NCBI RefSeq assembly: GCF_900079115.1
Contig: NZ_LT549890.1
Span: forward strand, 300,001-332,000
From: Saccharolobus solfataricus
GTDB taxonomy: Archaea; Thermoproteota; Thermoprotei_A; Sulfolobales; Sulfolobaceae
DNA length: 32,000 nt
Direction of reading: 5' to 3'
Shown here: piece after piece, positions 1-9,380 of the stretch
How positions within the stretch are numbered: the first letter of the stretch is position 1
How the letters are laid out: each line of letters opens with the position of its first letter
Translations under genes and position numbers: made by a program
Notes under the pieces: generated by a model
What the model was told of the DNA's origin: nothing
The model's database searches: none
The model's input: the letters and a program-made list of their open reading frames with translations, nothing else

Positions 1-282
1 TAGGTCCACTTCTGCATAATAAGATAAACCTAAATGAACAGTTACCTTATCTCCTATTATACCCCCTACTTTTGCTAAAAGATATCCTTTTCTATCAATG
101 AAGACTAACATTTCTTTATTTCCACTCTTCATCGTCTCTATCGCTTGTTTTGCAGAGTCTATTGAGTTTATCGACTCTAGCAATTCTAGTTGAGTTCTCT
201 GCAATGAATCTATGTACCTTTTTAGGTAATCTGCTTGTGCTATTAATTCGTCTAATGTTATACCTCCTTGTCCTTGACTCAT
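1..282 (-). CDS. pfdA: Prefoldin alpha subunit, first 94 codons (3' end lies beyond the window edge)
   Basis: My own translation from the ATG at 282; the ORF is truncated, so it is absent from the ORF track. Sequence: [94 protein letters not shown]. It shows a coiled-coil followed by the beta-hairpin pattern of prefoldin alpha. It lies directly downstream of rplX/eif6, as in the conserved archaeal cluster. Confidence 0.75.
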   Translation of the reverse strand, partial: MSQGQGGITLDELIAQADYLKRYIDSLQRTQLELLESINSIDSAKQAIETMKSGNKEMLVFIDRKGYLLAKVGGIIGDKVTVHLGLSYYAEVDL

Positions 283-288
283 CTTTCA

Positions 289-558
289 TCACATTATAAT
301 TTTATCAACTTTAGCTAATTCTCTTATTCTTCTATCTGGAATTTCTTCTTCCTTTATTTCACTTATTTGCTCTATTTTTATGTTATATCGCTTTATCTTA
401 TTCTTGCTGCCAAAATGTGAATAAACGTACTCAATAGCTTGTTTTTCATTCAATGCTCTAACTATCTTTACAAATTTTCTCTTTTCTGGATAGTGGGATT
501 CGCCAAATAGTGCAGTTCCTTTGACAAGGTAAAATTTTATTCCACTCATCTCATTCAC
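289..558 (-). CDS. rplX: 50S ribosomal protein LX (L18Ae/eL20 family)
   Basis: The 89-aa ORF ([53 protein letters not shown]) matches archaeal LX. It overlaps the aIF6 gene by 8 nt. Confidence 0.85.
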   Translation of the reverse strand: MNEMSGIKFYLVKGTALFGESHYPEKRKFVKIVRALNEKQAIEYVYSHFGSKNKIKRYNIKIEQISEIKEEEIPDRRIRELAKVDKIIM

Positions 559-1222
559 CTAATGCTTTTTGAATTCTTAAAATCTCTGGACCCGTAGTTG
601 ACGCGCCTACTAACGTTCCTTTATCGTTTGCGACTAGCCCACTTTTGATAAATACACTTCCAAAATTTACCGTGCCAATATCTATCTTAACTCCGAACAA
701 TTTTTCCAATTCTTTTAATTCTTTCTCACTTGTATCAACATGTACTAGTCCACCCTTATTTGTTATAACTCCTACAGAACCTACGGTTATCATTTGAGCT
801 ATTTTCCCTCTTTTTATATCTTCAACACCTAAGGTCTCCTTTATTATCTTCTCTTCAATATCATTAAATTCAGGGTAGATTAACGCGGCCTTATTATTTG
901 CCAGTATTGTATTTCCTAGTGCAGTAACTTTTGAATTAAGAATCTCAACTCTGCAATCCCTTAGATTCTCCTTCAGAAATCTGAATTCATCATCAATTGT
1001 AGACTTAGGTAAAAGAATTCCGTTATCGTTACCGCTTATGAAAATACCTAAAAGAAAACTTCTGGATATTTCTGCTTCTAATAACTCCGTTCCTAATACT
1101 TGGGCAATATTTTCTTTTGTTTCGCTATCTAATCCTCTAGGTATGATTGTATATTTATTATTAGTATAAATATAGACTCCTATATTATCTGTTCCAAAAA
1201 CTGATAACCTTTGCAGATTCAT
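551..1222 (-). CDS. eif6: Translation initiation factor 6 (aIF6)
   Basis: The 223-aa ORF has an N-terminus ([28 protein letters not shown]) and an internally repetitive pentein-like organisation typical of e/aIF6. It overlaps L31e by 4 nt. Confidence 0.9.
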
Positions 1223-1485
1223 CTACTTTTAATAGCTAGTCTCACAAGATATATTTTTTCTTCTATCTTACTAACTACTACTCTAATTTTACTTACTATT
1301 TTATCATTTCCGTTCTTTGATATTGATTTAGCTAATAGTGGATCTATTATTACCTTCTCCGCGTTAAAATGTCTTGCTACAACCTTTTTTATGAATTTTA
1401 CTGCCCTTTTACTTCTACCAGTTCTCTTTCCAGTTTTTATTTTTCTTAAATTAATTATCATTTCAAAATTATCTTTCTCTTTCAT
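1219..1485 (-). CDS. rpl31e: 50S ribosomal protein L31e
   Basis: An 88-aa basic protein ([42 protein letters not shown]) that resembles the L31e family. Its position between L39e and aIF6 is the conserved one. Confidence 0.9.
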
Positions 1486-1488
1486 TTT

Positions 1489-1644
1489 TTACACCTTTAG
1501 ATCATTTCTCCTCCAATTTCTCCTTAAGGGATTGTATCTAACTCTTCCACGAGTCTTTAGAACTATCCATATTGGTATTGGAGAGTTCGCTTTTAAGGCT
1601 TTGGCTAATCTAAATTTCTTAGCTACTGGTTTATTTCTACTCAT
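1489..1644 (-). CDS. rpl39e: 50S ribosomal protein L39e (51 aa; below the ORF-track length cut-off)
   Basis: My own translation of the reverse strand from the ATG at 1644 to the TAA at 1489-1491: [51 protein letters not shown]. This is a textbook L39e sequence. Its ATG overlaps the upstream gene's TGA in an ATGA arrangement (1641-1644). Confidence 0.85.
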   Translation of the reverse strand: MSRNKPVAKKFRLAKALKANSPIPIWIVLKTRGRVRYNPLRRNWRRNDLKV

Positions 1645-1997
1645 TTCCATCCTCTCTCTCTTATTTGTATTTTGAAATCACGTCTGTTCTGTTGTGAAAT
1701 CTGTTCCAATATTTGCTTTAATTCCTCATCTGTTATTGGTATCTTTATTCTTCCAGATTGTGCTAGTGCAATTAATTGATTTTCCAGCGATTCGGCAAAT
1801 TCAGGCTTAACTAATTTTATATTTGTTAGCCTCTGTCGTGCCTCAGGTGTTAATATTACTCTTAAGATTGACTCTTTTTGGGATTCTAATTCTGCTTTTC
1901 TCTTTCTCTCTTCTTCTATTCTTTTTTGCTCTTGTGCAGCTTTTCTTCTTAATAATTCTTCTAATTCTTCATCATCATATGAGTTTGGAGTTGACAT
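1641..1997 (-). CDS. PDCD5/TFAR19-family DNA-binding protein
   Basis: A 118-aa ORF with an acidic/basic coiled N-terminus followed by [41 protein letters not shown], which is characteristic of the archaeal PDCD5-like family. Confidence 0.8.
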   Translation of the reverse strand: MSTPNSYDDEELEELLRRKAAQEQKRIEEERKRKAELESQKESILRVILTPEARQRLTNIKLVKPEFAESLENQLIALAQSGRIKIPITDEELKQILEQISQQNRRDFKIQIRERGWK

Positions 1998-2008
1998 CTT
2001 TTCACCCC

Positions 2009-2485
2009 TTATTCCAAGTATACCTTCAAAGAAGTATTATTCTCAGCCAGCTCTTTAAAGATTTCCAACGCTAATTTATCTAATAATGACCTTCCTTTAG
2101 GACTTAAAGATCTTCCCTTATTCTTAATTTTTTGGACTAGCCCAGCTTTTTCTAATTGTTGAAATATTAATCTATTTACATGACCAGGAGCTTTTACAAA
2201 TTTTTCTGGTCTAGTCCCCCTTCTTTTTCTTCCACCGTAAATTGTTCTTGTTTTTTCTATTCCAATAATTGAGTTAACGTAAAGTTTTCTTAGTAATGAT
2301 GCGGCTCTTATATACCACCAATCCTCTGCGTTATCTGGTACTCTTTCCTTAAAGCTAGCTGTTTTAGCTAATAGTGCCCACTCTGGTGGATCTACAGTTT
2401 TCACATTCTCCTTTAGATATATTGCTAACCGTTTTATCAAAAGATCTGGAGGTACCATTTCAGCTGTTATCATTATAAGACTCAA
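2009..2485 (-). CDS. rps19e: 30S ribosomal protein S19e
   Basis: The sequence [37 protein letters not shown]...[13 protein letters not shown] is typical of S19e. The true start may be the internal Met at 2473 (MITAEMVPP...). Confidence 0.9.
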   Translation of the reverse strand: MSLIMITAEMVPPDLLIKRLAIYLKENVKTVDPPEWALLAKTASFKERVPDNAEDWWYIRAASLLRKLYVNSIIGIEKTRTIYGGRKRRGTRPEKFVKAPGHVNRLIFQQLEKAGLVQKIKNKGRSLSPKGRSLLDKLALEIFKELAENNTSLKVYLE

Positions 2486-2543
2486 TTACATTCGTAGTAT
2501 ATAAGGTTTAAAATTTATCCTTTTTAATAACATATGATCTCGA

Positions 2544-3707
2544 ATGGAGTTTTATATAGCCGATTTTAAGCAGATTAAGGAGGGTAAAGTCACAGATATT
2601 TATTTTGAAAGAACATTAAAGACACTAGAATATCTTGGGATTAAAGACGCTAAAGTAAGGATGGAAGTACATTCTTACGGTTTACCTAAAGGTTATGAAT
2701 GGGCTCTTTTTACTGGTTTAGAAGAAGTTCTTCATTTGTTGGAAGGAGTGCCAGTGAACGTTTATGCGATGCCAGAAGGTACCTTATTTAAAGAAATAGA
2801 ACCGGTAATGATAATAGAAGGCAACTATTTAGATTTTGGTATTTACGAGACTGCCTTCCTAGGAATATTGAGGCATTATTCTAGCATATCTACTAAGGCA
2901 GCCAGACTTAAATTTCTTGCAATGGATAAAACATTATTTTTCTTTGGCTTAAGATCTCTTCATCCTGCACTAGCCCCTATGGCAGATAGGGCAGCTTATA
3001 TAGGCGGCATGGATGGAGTTTCTGGTGCCATGAGTAAGGAATATCTAGGAGTTGACCCTTCAGGTACTATGCCTCATGCACTAATGCTTATTGTAGGTGA
3101 TAACGTGAAAGCCTGGAAGGCTTTTGACGAGGCTATGGGATCTGAAGTTCCTAGAATAACCTTAGTTGATACATTTGAGGACGAAAGAACTGAAGCCTTA
3201 AAGGCTGCAACTTTACTTGGTAAGAAATTATATGGTATAAGGTTAGATACGCCGTCAAGTAGAAGAGGGAATTTTAGAAAAATTATTCAGGAGGTTAAAT
3301 GGACGTTAAAGATACACGGTTATGATCATGTTAAGATATTTGCAAGCGGAGGGATAGATGAGGACGATATAATTAACCTTCGAGATATTGTTGACGGATT
3401 TGGGATTGGAACGAGTATAGCATTTCCTCCAAGTGTTGATTTCAGTGCTGATATAGTGGAAAAATTTGTTGATGGTAAATGGGTGCCTTTTACAAAGAGA
3501 GGCAAATGGCCCGGGGCTAAGCAAGTATATAGATGTGGAAAGCTAAATGATGTAATTACCCTTATGGACCAAGAACATCCTTCTTCAGATTGTAAGCCTC
3601 TACTGCAAAAATATATGGAAAATGGAAAGATTATAAAACCTTTACCTTCTCCAAAAGAAATAAGGGAATACGTGATTAAACAGTTAACTGAATTGCAGAG
3701 TAGCTAG
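2544..3707 (+). CDS. Nicotinate phosphoribosyltransferase (archaeal ~390-aa type)
   Basis: A 387-aa ORF. The N-terminus ([17 protein letters not shown]) and the later [11 protein letters not shown] and GGIDEDDI segments resemble the type II PRTase/NAPRT family. Confidence 0.75.
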   Translation: MEFYIADFKQIKEGKVTDIYFERTLKTLEYLGIKDAKVRMEVHSYGLPKGYEWALFTGLEEVLHLLEGVPVNVYAMPEGTLFKEIEPVMIIEGNYLDFGIYETAFLGILRHYSSISTKAARLKFLAMDKTLFFFGLRSLHPALAPMADRAAYIGGMDGVSGAMSKEYLGVDPSGTMPHALMLIVGDNVKAWKAFDEAMGSEVPRITLVDTFEDERTEALKAATLLGKKLYGIRLDTPSSRRGNFRKIIQEVKWTLKIHGYDHVKIFASGGIDEDDIINLRDIVDGFGIGTSIAFPPSVDFSADIVEKFVDGKWVPFTKRGKWPGAKQVYRCGKLNDVITLMDQEHPSSDCKPLLQKYMENGKIIKPLPSPKEIREYVIKQLTELQSS

Positions 3708-4759
3708 CCTGTTATTATAATTTCTTTTTGATTCTCTATGCTTCTGTTAAATGCTATTTCGGTTATTGGCTCCATTCTTCTTATTGCGTTATATAACCTT
3801 AAGTTAAGCGCTCGCAATACAGCTATTAGGCTGGGAGATTTGACCTCTTTAAGCATTTCTTCTGAGATTATAGCCTCAGTTATCAATACTCTTCTTAGTG
3901 TTCTTAATTCTTCCATCACTTCATTTATTAGTATGGTATCCTCTTTCGCTAGCACTTTTACCGCGTGGTCAATTACAGAAGAAGTTTGTTCTATATACAT
4001 ATTTATCTTATTCCATAATCTCTTCATTTCCTCAAGATCTGATGGATGTAAAGATAATAGATCTAATGCTATCTCACTTATCTCATCGGCAGCTTCCTCT
4101 ATTGCCTTTATTAAAATTCTATTTCCCACTATTTGTATTCTTTTAACACCTATCATATAGGCTAAGCTCCTATTCATTTGAGCTAATAGTAATTGCCTTA
4201 AAGCTAGATAATATAGTCTATCTACTTCCCTTTCTAATTCTATTACTTCTTGTAAGAAAGTTCTACTTGATTCTTTTATTCCGAGATCTAGGTAGTGAAG
4301 CATTTGTTTTATTGAATTTGATAATCTATTAATTAGATTATTCATAGTATACTTTGTAGGATCAAGAAAAGATTGTATTTGGATTGTATCTGTTGTCTGC
4401 GATACGATCTCTAATCCAATCAGATTCCTTATTGTATCTTTAACTTTCCTCAGTATATCCTCAGTAAAGATACCGCTTTTACTTTCAATATCTATCCTAT
4501 CGTAGCCTAGGATGTATAATGAGTATATTACTCTGCTTACTAATTCACCTTGAACACTATCGTTTTGTATACTTATTTTCATCTCTTTTACTTTACTTTC
4601 TGCCTTTAGATTCGGTGGATATACTTTTAGACTACCATCCTCATCAACTTCTAGATATACACTTTCGCCTGGACTTAAAGAGACTTCTTTTACCCATTCT
4701 GCAGGTAGCGAAACCATAAGTGTAGATTTGCCGAACTTTTGAACTCTCCTAACTTCCAT
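3704..4759 (-). CDS. AbrB/SpoVT-domain plus PhoU-domain regulator (phosphate-uptake-regulator-like)
   Basis: The N-terminus ([46 protein letters not shown]) is a swapped-hairpin AbrB-type DNA-binding domain. The remainder is helical and PhoU-repeat-like ([34 protein letters not shown]). Confidence 0.65.
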   Translation of the reverse strand: MEVRRVQKFGKSTLMVSLPAEWVKEVSLSPGESVYLEVDEDGSLKVYPPNLKAESKVKEMKISIQNDSVQGELVSRVIYSLYILGYDRIDIESKSGIFTEDILRKVKDTIRNLIGLEIVSQTTDTIQIQSFLDPTKYTMNNLINRLSNSIKQMLHYLDLGIKESSRTFLQEVIELEREVDRLYYLALRQLLLAQMNRSLAYMIGVKRIQIVGNRILIKAIEEAADEISEIALDLLSLHPSDLEEMKRLWNKINMYIEQTSSVIDHAVKVLAKEDTILINEVMEELRTLRRVLITEAIISEEMLKEVKSPSLIAVLRALNLRLYNAIRRMEPITEIAFNRSIENQKEIIITG

Positions 4760-4820
4760 TAAATACTACCTCCCACTGTATCATATAGTTCAAAGTTTAT
4801 AAAAGTAGTTTTATACTATA

Positions 4821-5816
4821 CTATACTACTTTTACCTCGGGTATTTCTCCAAACATCTTAGTTAATACTGGGCTTCCATTAGTTGGTATCATCCTTACAC
4901 CGTATGGTTTTCGTTTTGTATACTGAATATAATAAACTGATTTCAATATATTCTCATATGTAACTAAATCTGAATATATACCAACCATGTCAATGCCTGC
5001 GACACAAACATAGCTCATTAGTAATAAATCCTTTAAAGTTAGGCTACCCTCCTTAACTCTCTCCCTTAAAAGATTGTCCTCTGCAATTGGCAACATTAAT
5101 TCTGAAAAACCGATAGGATTTACTCTATTTCTCCAAACTCCCTCAAATATCTCCCTATTTATTTCAGCTACTGCTGATAAATTTGAGATATCAAACATTT
5201 TCTTACTTCTACTTTCTACAATTTCTCCCACACTACTTTCCATCCATGGCGATAATGACGCATCTATTCCTAAGTACTTTATATTTAATTTTTTCTCTAA
5301 TTGTCTCCCTATTGTATCTGCCTTTGATAAGGCTTCATTTATCTTTCCTTGTTTAAATTCGTCTACATATAGTAAAGATATTCCAAAAGAATCATAGACT
5401 GTATTTGCGGAGGAAGTTGGAAAATAGGGGGTTAATAGAAAATCTTGGTTAAATAATAAGGCAAACCTAGAAGCCTCCTCTGGCTCCAGACTAATGATAA
5501 GTTTTGCTAGATCTTTCAGATTATCTGTTGTCTTTACTAATACATGGGCGTAAATTCTTTTATCAGATTTCAATATATCCTTGATTTCTCTTAATCTCTT
5601 ATCTTTCTCTTGGAGATTTATTAGACTAAATATAATTTCACTATGCGTTGTAGGTAATAATTCTATTAGTTTACTTAAGCTTAAATCAATAGGTGTAGGT
5701 GGTAATGAGATCCTTTTACTCCATATATTGTTATCATTTAATTTACTTAGTTTTTCCGTATAATCACTAATTTTTGAGTAGTTGGTAACGAAAATTGTTA
5801 TCGCTCTTATCATCAT
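4821..5816 (-). CDS. Conserved hypothetical protein, probably DUF711/UPF0210-like (short form)
   Basis: A 331-aa ORF. MMIRAITIFV at the N-terminus and the later GFSELMLPIAEDN and CVAGIDMVGI recall UPF0210 proteins. The family assignment is from memory only. Confidence 0.4.
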   Translation of the reverse strand: MMIRAITIFVTNYSKISDYTEKLSKLNDNNIWSKRISLPPTPIDLSLSKLIELLPTTHSEIIFSLINLQEKDKRLREIKDILKSDKRIYAHVLVKTTDNLKDLAKLIISLEPEEASRFALLFNQDFLLTPYFPTSSANTVYDSFGISLLYVDEFKQGKINEALSKADTIGRQLEKKLNIKYLGIDASLSPWMESSVGEIVESRSKKMFDISNLSAVAEINREIFEGVWRNRVNPIGFSELMLPIAEDNLLRERVKEGSLTLKDLLLMSYVCVAGIDMVGIYSDLVTYENILKSVYYIQYTKRKPYGVRMIPTNGSPVLTKMFGEIPEVKVV

Positions 5817-5859
5817 TTTGTTTACACTTTTATAATCTTTGTAGAAGTTTAAATTACTG

Positions 5860-6261
5860 ATGAGTAAGATTACTATCTTACTTGCAGATAATAATATAGA
5901 TAAACTGTATCATGGTCTGGTGGTAGCTTTAGGCGCAAAAGCGTTAGGTTGGGATGTTAAGTTTTTCGTGACATCGCAAGCAGTAGTTCTTTTCACAAAG
6001 GCAAAGAAGGGAAAAGGGAAATTAGGTTTACCTTTTTTTGCCAGATTTTTTGTTAGGCTTCAAATGAAGAGGTTAAATATTCCAAATCCTGAAAAATTAA
6101 TTGATGACGCAATAAATCAAGGTGTTGAATTTTTTGTAGATGAGGCTGGTTTAAGGCTTGTAAACGCTAGAAGTGAAGATTTATTAGAAAATGTTAAATT
6201 ATCAGGAACTATAACGTTTATATTGGAAGCAAAGGAATCAGATGTGGTGATTACGCTATGA
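5860..6261 (+). CDS. DsrE/DsrF-like (COG2210-type) protein, cysteine-free
   Basis: A 133-aa ORF with a Rossmann-like start ([36 protein letters not shown]) and [11 protein letters not shown] where family members usually carry a Cys. There is no Cys anywhere in the protein. It overlaps the next gene in an ATGA arrangement. Confidence 0.6.
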   Translation: MSKITILLADNNIDKLYHGLVVALGAKALGWDVKFFVTSQAVVLFTKAKKGKGKLGLPFFARFFVRLQMKRLNIPNPEKLIDDAINQGVEFFVDEAGLRLVNARSEDLLENVKLSGTITFILEAKESDVVITL

Positions 6262-6488
6262 AAATTATTGAATCGGATGAGATATGCCCAGTTATTTTAA
6301 CTAAGGTAGTAAAGGAATGGGTTTCACTAGAAAACGGCGAAGAAGAGGAATTAGTTATAATTACCACGTGGCAAGCGGTGGGGCAAGAGTTAGAGAAATG
6401 GTGTAAGGAAACTGGTAATTCATTTCTTGGCGTATCTAAAAAGGATGGGAAGTTAGAAGTAAGGCTCAAGTTAATTAAAAATAAATAA
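6258..6488 (+). CDS. TusA/SirA-like small sulfur-carrier-fold protein
   Basis: A 76-aa ORF with an N-terminal Cys in [11 protein letters not shown] (a CPxP-type motif reading CPVI), followed by [25 protein letters not shown]. The length and pattern fit the TusA family. Confidence 0.6.
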   Translation: MKIIESDEICPVILTKVVKEWVSLENGEEEELVIITTWQAVGQELEKWCKETGNSFLGVSKKDGKLEVRLKLIKNK

Positions 6489-6529
6489 ATACCAGTTTCT
6501 CACTACTAAAATCTCGGTAGATCTATATT

Positions 6530-7423
6530 GTGTCAAATCCTCTTCACGTATTCTCAAATGAGCAAGAGTTACTAGAAGGTATGTGGCCTACTCCACTACT
6601 AAAACTTAGGATAGGAAATGACACATGGGCTAAACTAGAATTTTATAATCCTTTTAGCAGAAGTGTAAAAGATAGGACAGCGTGGTTCTTATTTAGGCAA
6701 GCATTACTAAAGAATGCAACTCATATAGTTGAAGCCACCTCTGGCAATACTGGAATAGCATTAGCGTCGCTATCTTCAATTTTCGGTATGCGATTCACAA
6801 TGTTTCTTCCCGTAGTTGCTCCAAAGGTGTATAAGGTTTTTGTAAAGTTATTAGGAGGTAATGTTATAGAGGCTGGTAATTCGACCAATGATGTAATACC
6901 CTTAGTAAAGAAGTTTGCAGAGATGACTAATGCGCTCAATTTGGATCAGTTCAATAATCCAATCAACGTAATAGCTCACTATGAGACTACCGCAAGAGAA
7001 ATTGATGAACAGTTAAGTTCTATTGGGAAGAAGCCTTCACGTATTATAGCTACCATGGGAACTGGGGGTCATATAGCGGGGATTGCTAAGTATTTTAAAG
7101 AGAAATATGGAAATGATGTAGAAATAATAGGAGTTCAACCCTCAGAAAATTCCAGAATTCCTGGAATAAAGAGACAAAATGGCTCTAATTCTTTACTAAG
7201 GGACGTGAAGATAGATAGAGTAGTTGACGTAAGTTTGGAAGAAGCAATCGATGGGACTATTAGTGTAGCAAGGACTTCCGGGATTTTAATAGGTATAAGT
7301 GCAGGTGCTACTGTGGCAGCCTATAAGAAGATAAGTGATGTTTCCTCCACTACAGTGCTTATATTTCCAGATGATGCTTTTAAGTATGTTGATATTTTAG
7401 AGCAAACTTTAAAAGAGATATAG
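6530..7423 (+). CDS. Cysteine synthase family (CysK/CysM-like) PLP-dependent enzyme
   Basis: The PLP-lysine motif [10 protein letters not shown], the Asn loop [10 protein letters not shown], the phosphate loop GTGGHIAG and SAGATVAA are all present. The track start is the GTG at 6530; the ATG at 6581 is an alternative. Confidence 0.8.
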   Translation: MSNPLHVFSNEQELLEGMWPTPLLKLRIGNDTWAKLEFYNPFSRSVKDRTAWFLFRQALLKNATHIVEATSGNTGIALASLSSIFGMRFTMFLPVVAPKVYKVFVKLLGGNVIEAGNSTNDVIPLVKKFAEMTNALNLDQFNNPINVIAHYETTAREIDEQLSSIGKKPSRIIATMGTGGHIAGIAKYFKEKYGNDVEIIGVQPSENSRIPGIKRQNGSNSLLRDVKIDRVVDVSLEEAIDGTISVARTSGILIGISAGATVAAYKKISDVSSTTVLIFPDDAFKYVDILEQTLKEI

Positions 7424-7439
7424 GAGTAAGCAAATAACT

Positions 7440-7598
7440 GTGCCAGAAGTAATAGTTATAATGAATAAGAATGGAGATATTCTGGATTTTTCTCCCAGGA
7501 GTTTAGATATATCAAAATTTTTGTCTAAAAAGCCTAATGAGATATACGATGACGGAGAATTAATAAGATTAAGAATAGATATAGCTAACGATGTTTAA
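7440..7598 (+). CDS. Hypothetical mini-protein (52 aa from the GTG at 7440, or 45 aa from the ATG at 7461)
   Basis: My own translation: VPEVIVIMNKNGDILDFSPRSLDISKFLSKKPNEIYDDGELIRLRIDIANDV. It fills the gap between two co-directional genes, overlaps the next start by 8 nt, and has a GGAG about 14 nt upstream. No homology was recognised. Confidence 0.3.
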   Translation: MPEVIVIMNKNGDILDFSPRSLDISKFLSKKPNEIYDDGELIRLRIDIANDV

Positions 7599-8247
7599 AA
7601 ATTCATACAGTCAGTCAAGAATCATAAAGAAGGATAACAACATATATGTGCAAAAATGTTATATGACAATCTTTGGAATAAAGTGGTATTTTATCTCTAC
7701 TTTCTTTTGGAATTATCCCTATGTGGCTGATCCTAAGGAAAGATTCGTTAGAGAACTGGATTTTTTCTTGGATAATGCGTGGAAAGATACAGTTGTTGTA
7801 CCTAAACTAATCGATATTGATGCAAAAGAACTTTGCATTACTAGAGAGTTTATAGAAGGGGATGAAATAAATGAGGAAAATATAGAGATCATGGCTAAGG
7901 GCCTAAGGGAAATTCATGAGGTTGGATATGTGCTAGGTGATACTAAAATAAGTAACTTTGTTATAGTAGATAAAAGTAAGTTAGCTGTTATAGATGCTGA
8001 GCAATCTTTTAAATCTAACAATTTATATTATAGAGCTTGGGATTTACTAGTATTTTTCCTATTTTTAAGTTACAAAATGGTTAATATAAGTCATTTCCAA
8101 GAGGTAGCTAAAAGATTTCTAGACGAATATATGCCAGATAAGAATATTGTGAAAGAATTCTTTGATATGAAGAATATAAATCTAATGGGATTATATCCCC
8201 CCACTCATTTATATGTACTAAAAAACTTAATGAGTAATTTTTATTAA
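7591..8247 (+). CDS. Atypical protein-kinase-fold protein (Bud32/RIO/Kdo-kinase-like)
   Basis: IYVQKCY supplies a beta3 Lys, FVRELDFF a helix-C Glu, and ITREFIEGDEI a hinge. LREIHEVGYVLGDTKISNFVI is a catalytic loop with LGD in place of HGD, and LAVIDAEQS is DAE in place of DFG. Confidence 0.5.
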   Translation: MFKNSYSQSRIIKKDNNIYVQKCYMTIFGIKWYFISTFFWNYPYVADPKERFVRELDFFLDNAWKDTVVVPKLIDIDAKELCITREFIEGDEINEENIEIMAKGLREIHEVGYVLGDTKISNFVIVDKSKLAVIDAEQSFKSNNLYYRAWDLLVFFLFLSYKMVNISHFQEVAKRFLDEYMPDKNIVKEFFDMKNINLMGLYPPTHLYVLKNLMSNFY

Positions 8248-8415
8248 AATGGTTGTTGTATCTTTTATAGTCTCTATATTGGAGTCTAAAATTCTTGAGC
8301 CACACGCTGGGCATCTATAGTAATATCTTATTACCTTTTTTGTACCATCAGTGCTTTCAGATTCCGCAATGAAGTCCATTCTAATTCTGCATTTTGGACA
8401 AATTACTGCATTCAT
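8227..8415 (-). CDS. Zinc-ribbon mini-protein (62 aa from the internal ATG)
   Basis: MNAVICPKCRIRMDF...YYYRCPACGSRIL carries two CxxC pairs. The track's longer start at 8478 would overlap the moaA start, so I prefer the ATG at 8415. Confidence 0.45.
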   Translation of the reverse strand: MNAVICPKCRIRMDFIAESESTDGTKKVIRYYYRCPACGSRILDSNIETIKDTTTILIKITH

Positions 8416-8453
8416 ACATGTGTTTATAATCTTTTGAGGTAAAAAAGCTATTA

Positions 8454-9380
8454 ATGATTGATAGATTTGGTAGACCATTAGAAGATCTTAGAATAACGTT
8501 AACACACGCATGTAACTTTGAATGTTTCTTCTGCCATATGGAGGGAGAAGAAGGAGATAATTATCTTTTAAGTAAAGAGGATATTTTATTAGTTGCTAAA
8601 GTTGCTAGGAAATTTGGTATAAACTCTGTAAAATTAACTGGAGGAGAACCGACATTACGACGAGATTTAGTTGAAATAGTTCGAGGGCTTAAGCAATTAG
8701 GGTATGAAGACGTTTCTATGACAACTAATGGTTTTCTCCTAAAAGATTTAGCTCACAAATTAAAGCTAGCTGGGCTTGATAGGATTAATATCAGCCTTCA
8801 TGCTGTTTCAAGGGATACATTTAAGAAAATTACGGGTGTAGATGCTTTTGATAGAGTAATTGAAGGGATAAAAAGTGCCATAGATGTGGGTTTAGTACCA
8901 GTTAAGTTAAATTTTGTTGTAAATAGGAGAAATCGTGAAGAAGCCTTCAAGTTCATTGAGCTATCCCAAAATTTAGGTGTAAATGAGATACACCTTATAG
9001 AACTGCATCCGGTAGGGTTAGGAAAATTAGCTTTTAAGGAACATGATGATTTAAGAGAAATAGAAGAATATATTGAGAAAATATCTATTAAAAAACTAAT
9101 TAGGAAAAAGCATTTTAGACCACGTTATGTTTTACCCTCTGGATTAATAGTCGAAGTAGTTAAGCCCTATGCGAATCCGATATTCTGTGCTGGATGTAAC
9201 AGGATCAGATTATCTGTTGATGGAAAGTTAAAGACGTGTTTATACAGAGAAGATAACGTAATAGATGTATTAGATATATTGAAAGGTGAATATTCCGAAG
9301 ATGTTAAAGAAGAATTATTAGGAAGAGCCTTTATGATAGCAATAGCTATTAGAGAGCCTAACTTCAAATATAAAATATGA
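8454..9380 (+). CDS. moaA: GTP 3',8-cyclase MoaA (molybdenum cofactor biosynthesis, radical SAM)
   Basis: [24 protein letters not shown] contains the CxxxCxxC cluster, followed by LTGGEPTLR and a C-terminal [19 protein letters not shown] second-cluster motif. Confidence 0.9.
   Translation: MIDRFGRPLEDLRITLTHACNFECFFCHMEGEEGDNYLLSKEDILLVAKVARKFGINSVKLTGGEPTLRRDLVEIVRGLKQLGYEDVSMTTNGFLLKDLAHKLKLAGLDRINISLHAVSRDTFKKITGVDAFDRVIEGIKSAIDVGLVPVKLNFVVNRRNREEAFKFIELSQNLGVNEIHLIELHPVGLGKLAFKEHDDLREIEEYIEKISIKKLIRKKHFRPRYVLPSGLIVEVVKPYANPIFCAGCNRIRLSVDGKLKTCLYREDNVIDVLDILKGEYSEDVKEELLGRAFMIAIAIREPNFKYKI

Noticed and set aside
1211-1675. A 154-aa plus-strand ORF opposite the L31e/L39e genes.
   Set aside because: It is a low-complexity L/F/I-rich shadow frame opposite well-supported ribosomal protein genes, with no recognisable motif.
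3738-4160. Plus-strand ORFs (3738-4160, 3898-4146, 4519-4719) inside the AbrB-PhoU gene.
   Set aside because: They are antisense shadow ORFs typical of AT-rich coding DNA. They are S/L/I-rich with no motifs, and the minus-strand gene has clear domain signatures.
4808-4826. A short tandem tatac repeat (tatactatactatactac) at the 3' end of the DUF711-like gene.
   Set aside because: It is only about three units of a 5-mer in AT-rich DNA overlapping a stop codon, which is too short to treat as a meaningful microsatellite or binding array.
8416-8478. A longer start for the zinc-ribbon ORF.
   Set aside because: It would overlap the moaA start codon region and its promoter. The internal ATG at 8415 leaves a 38-bp divergent promoter gap.
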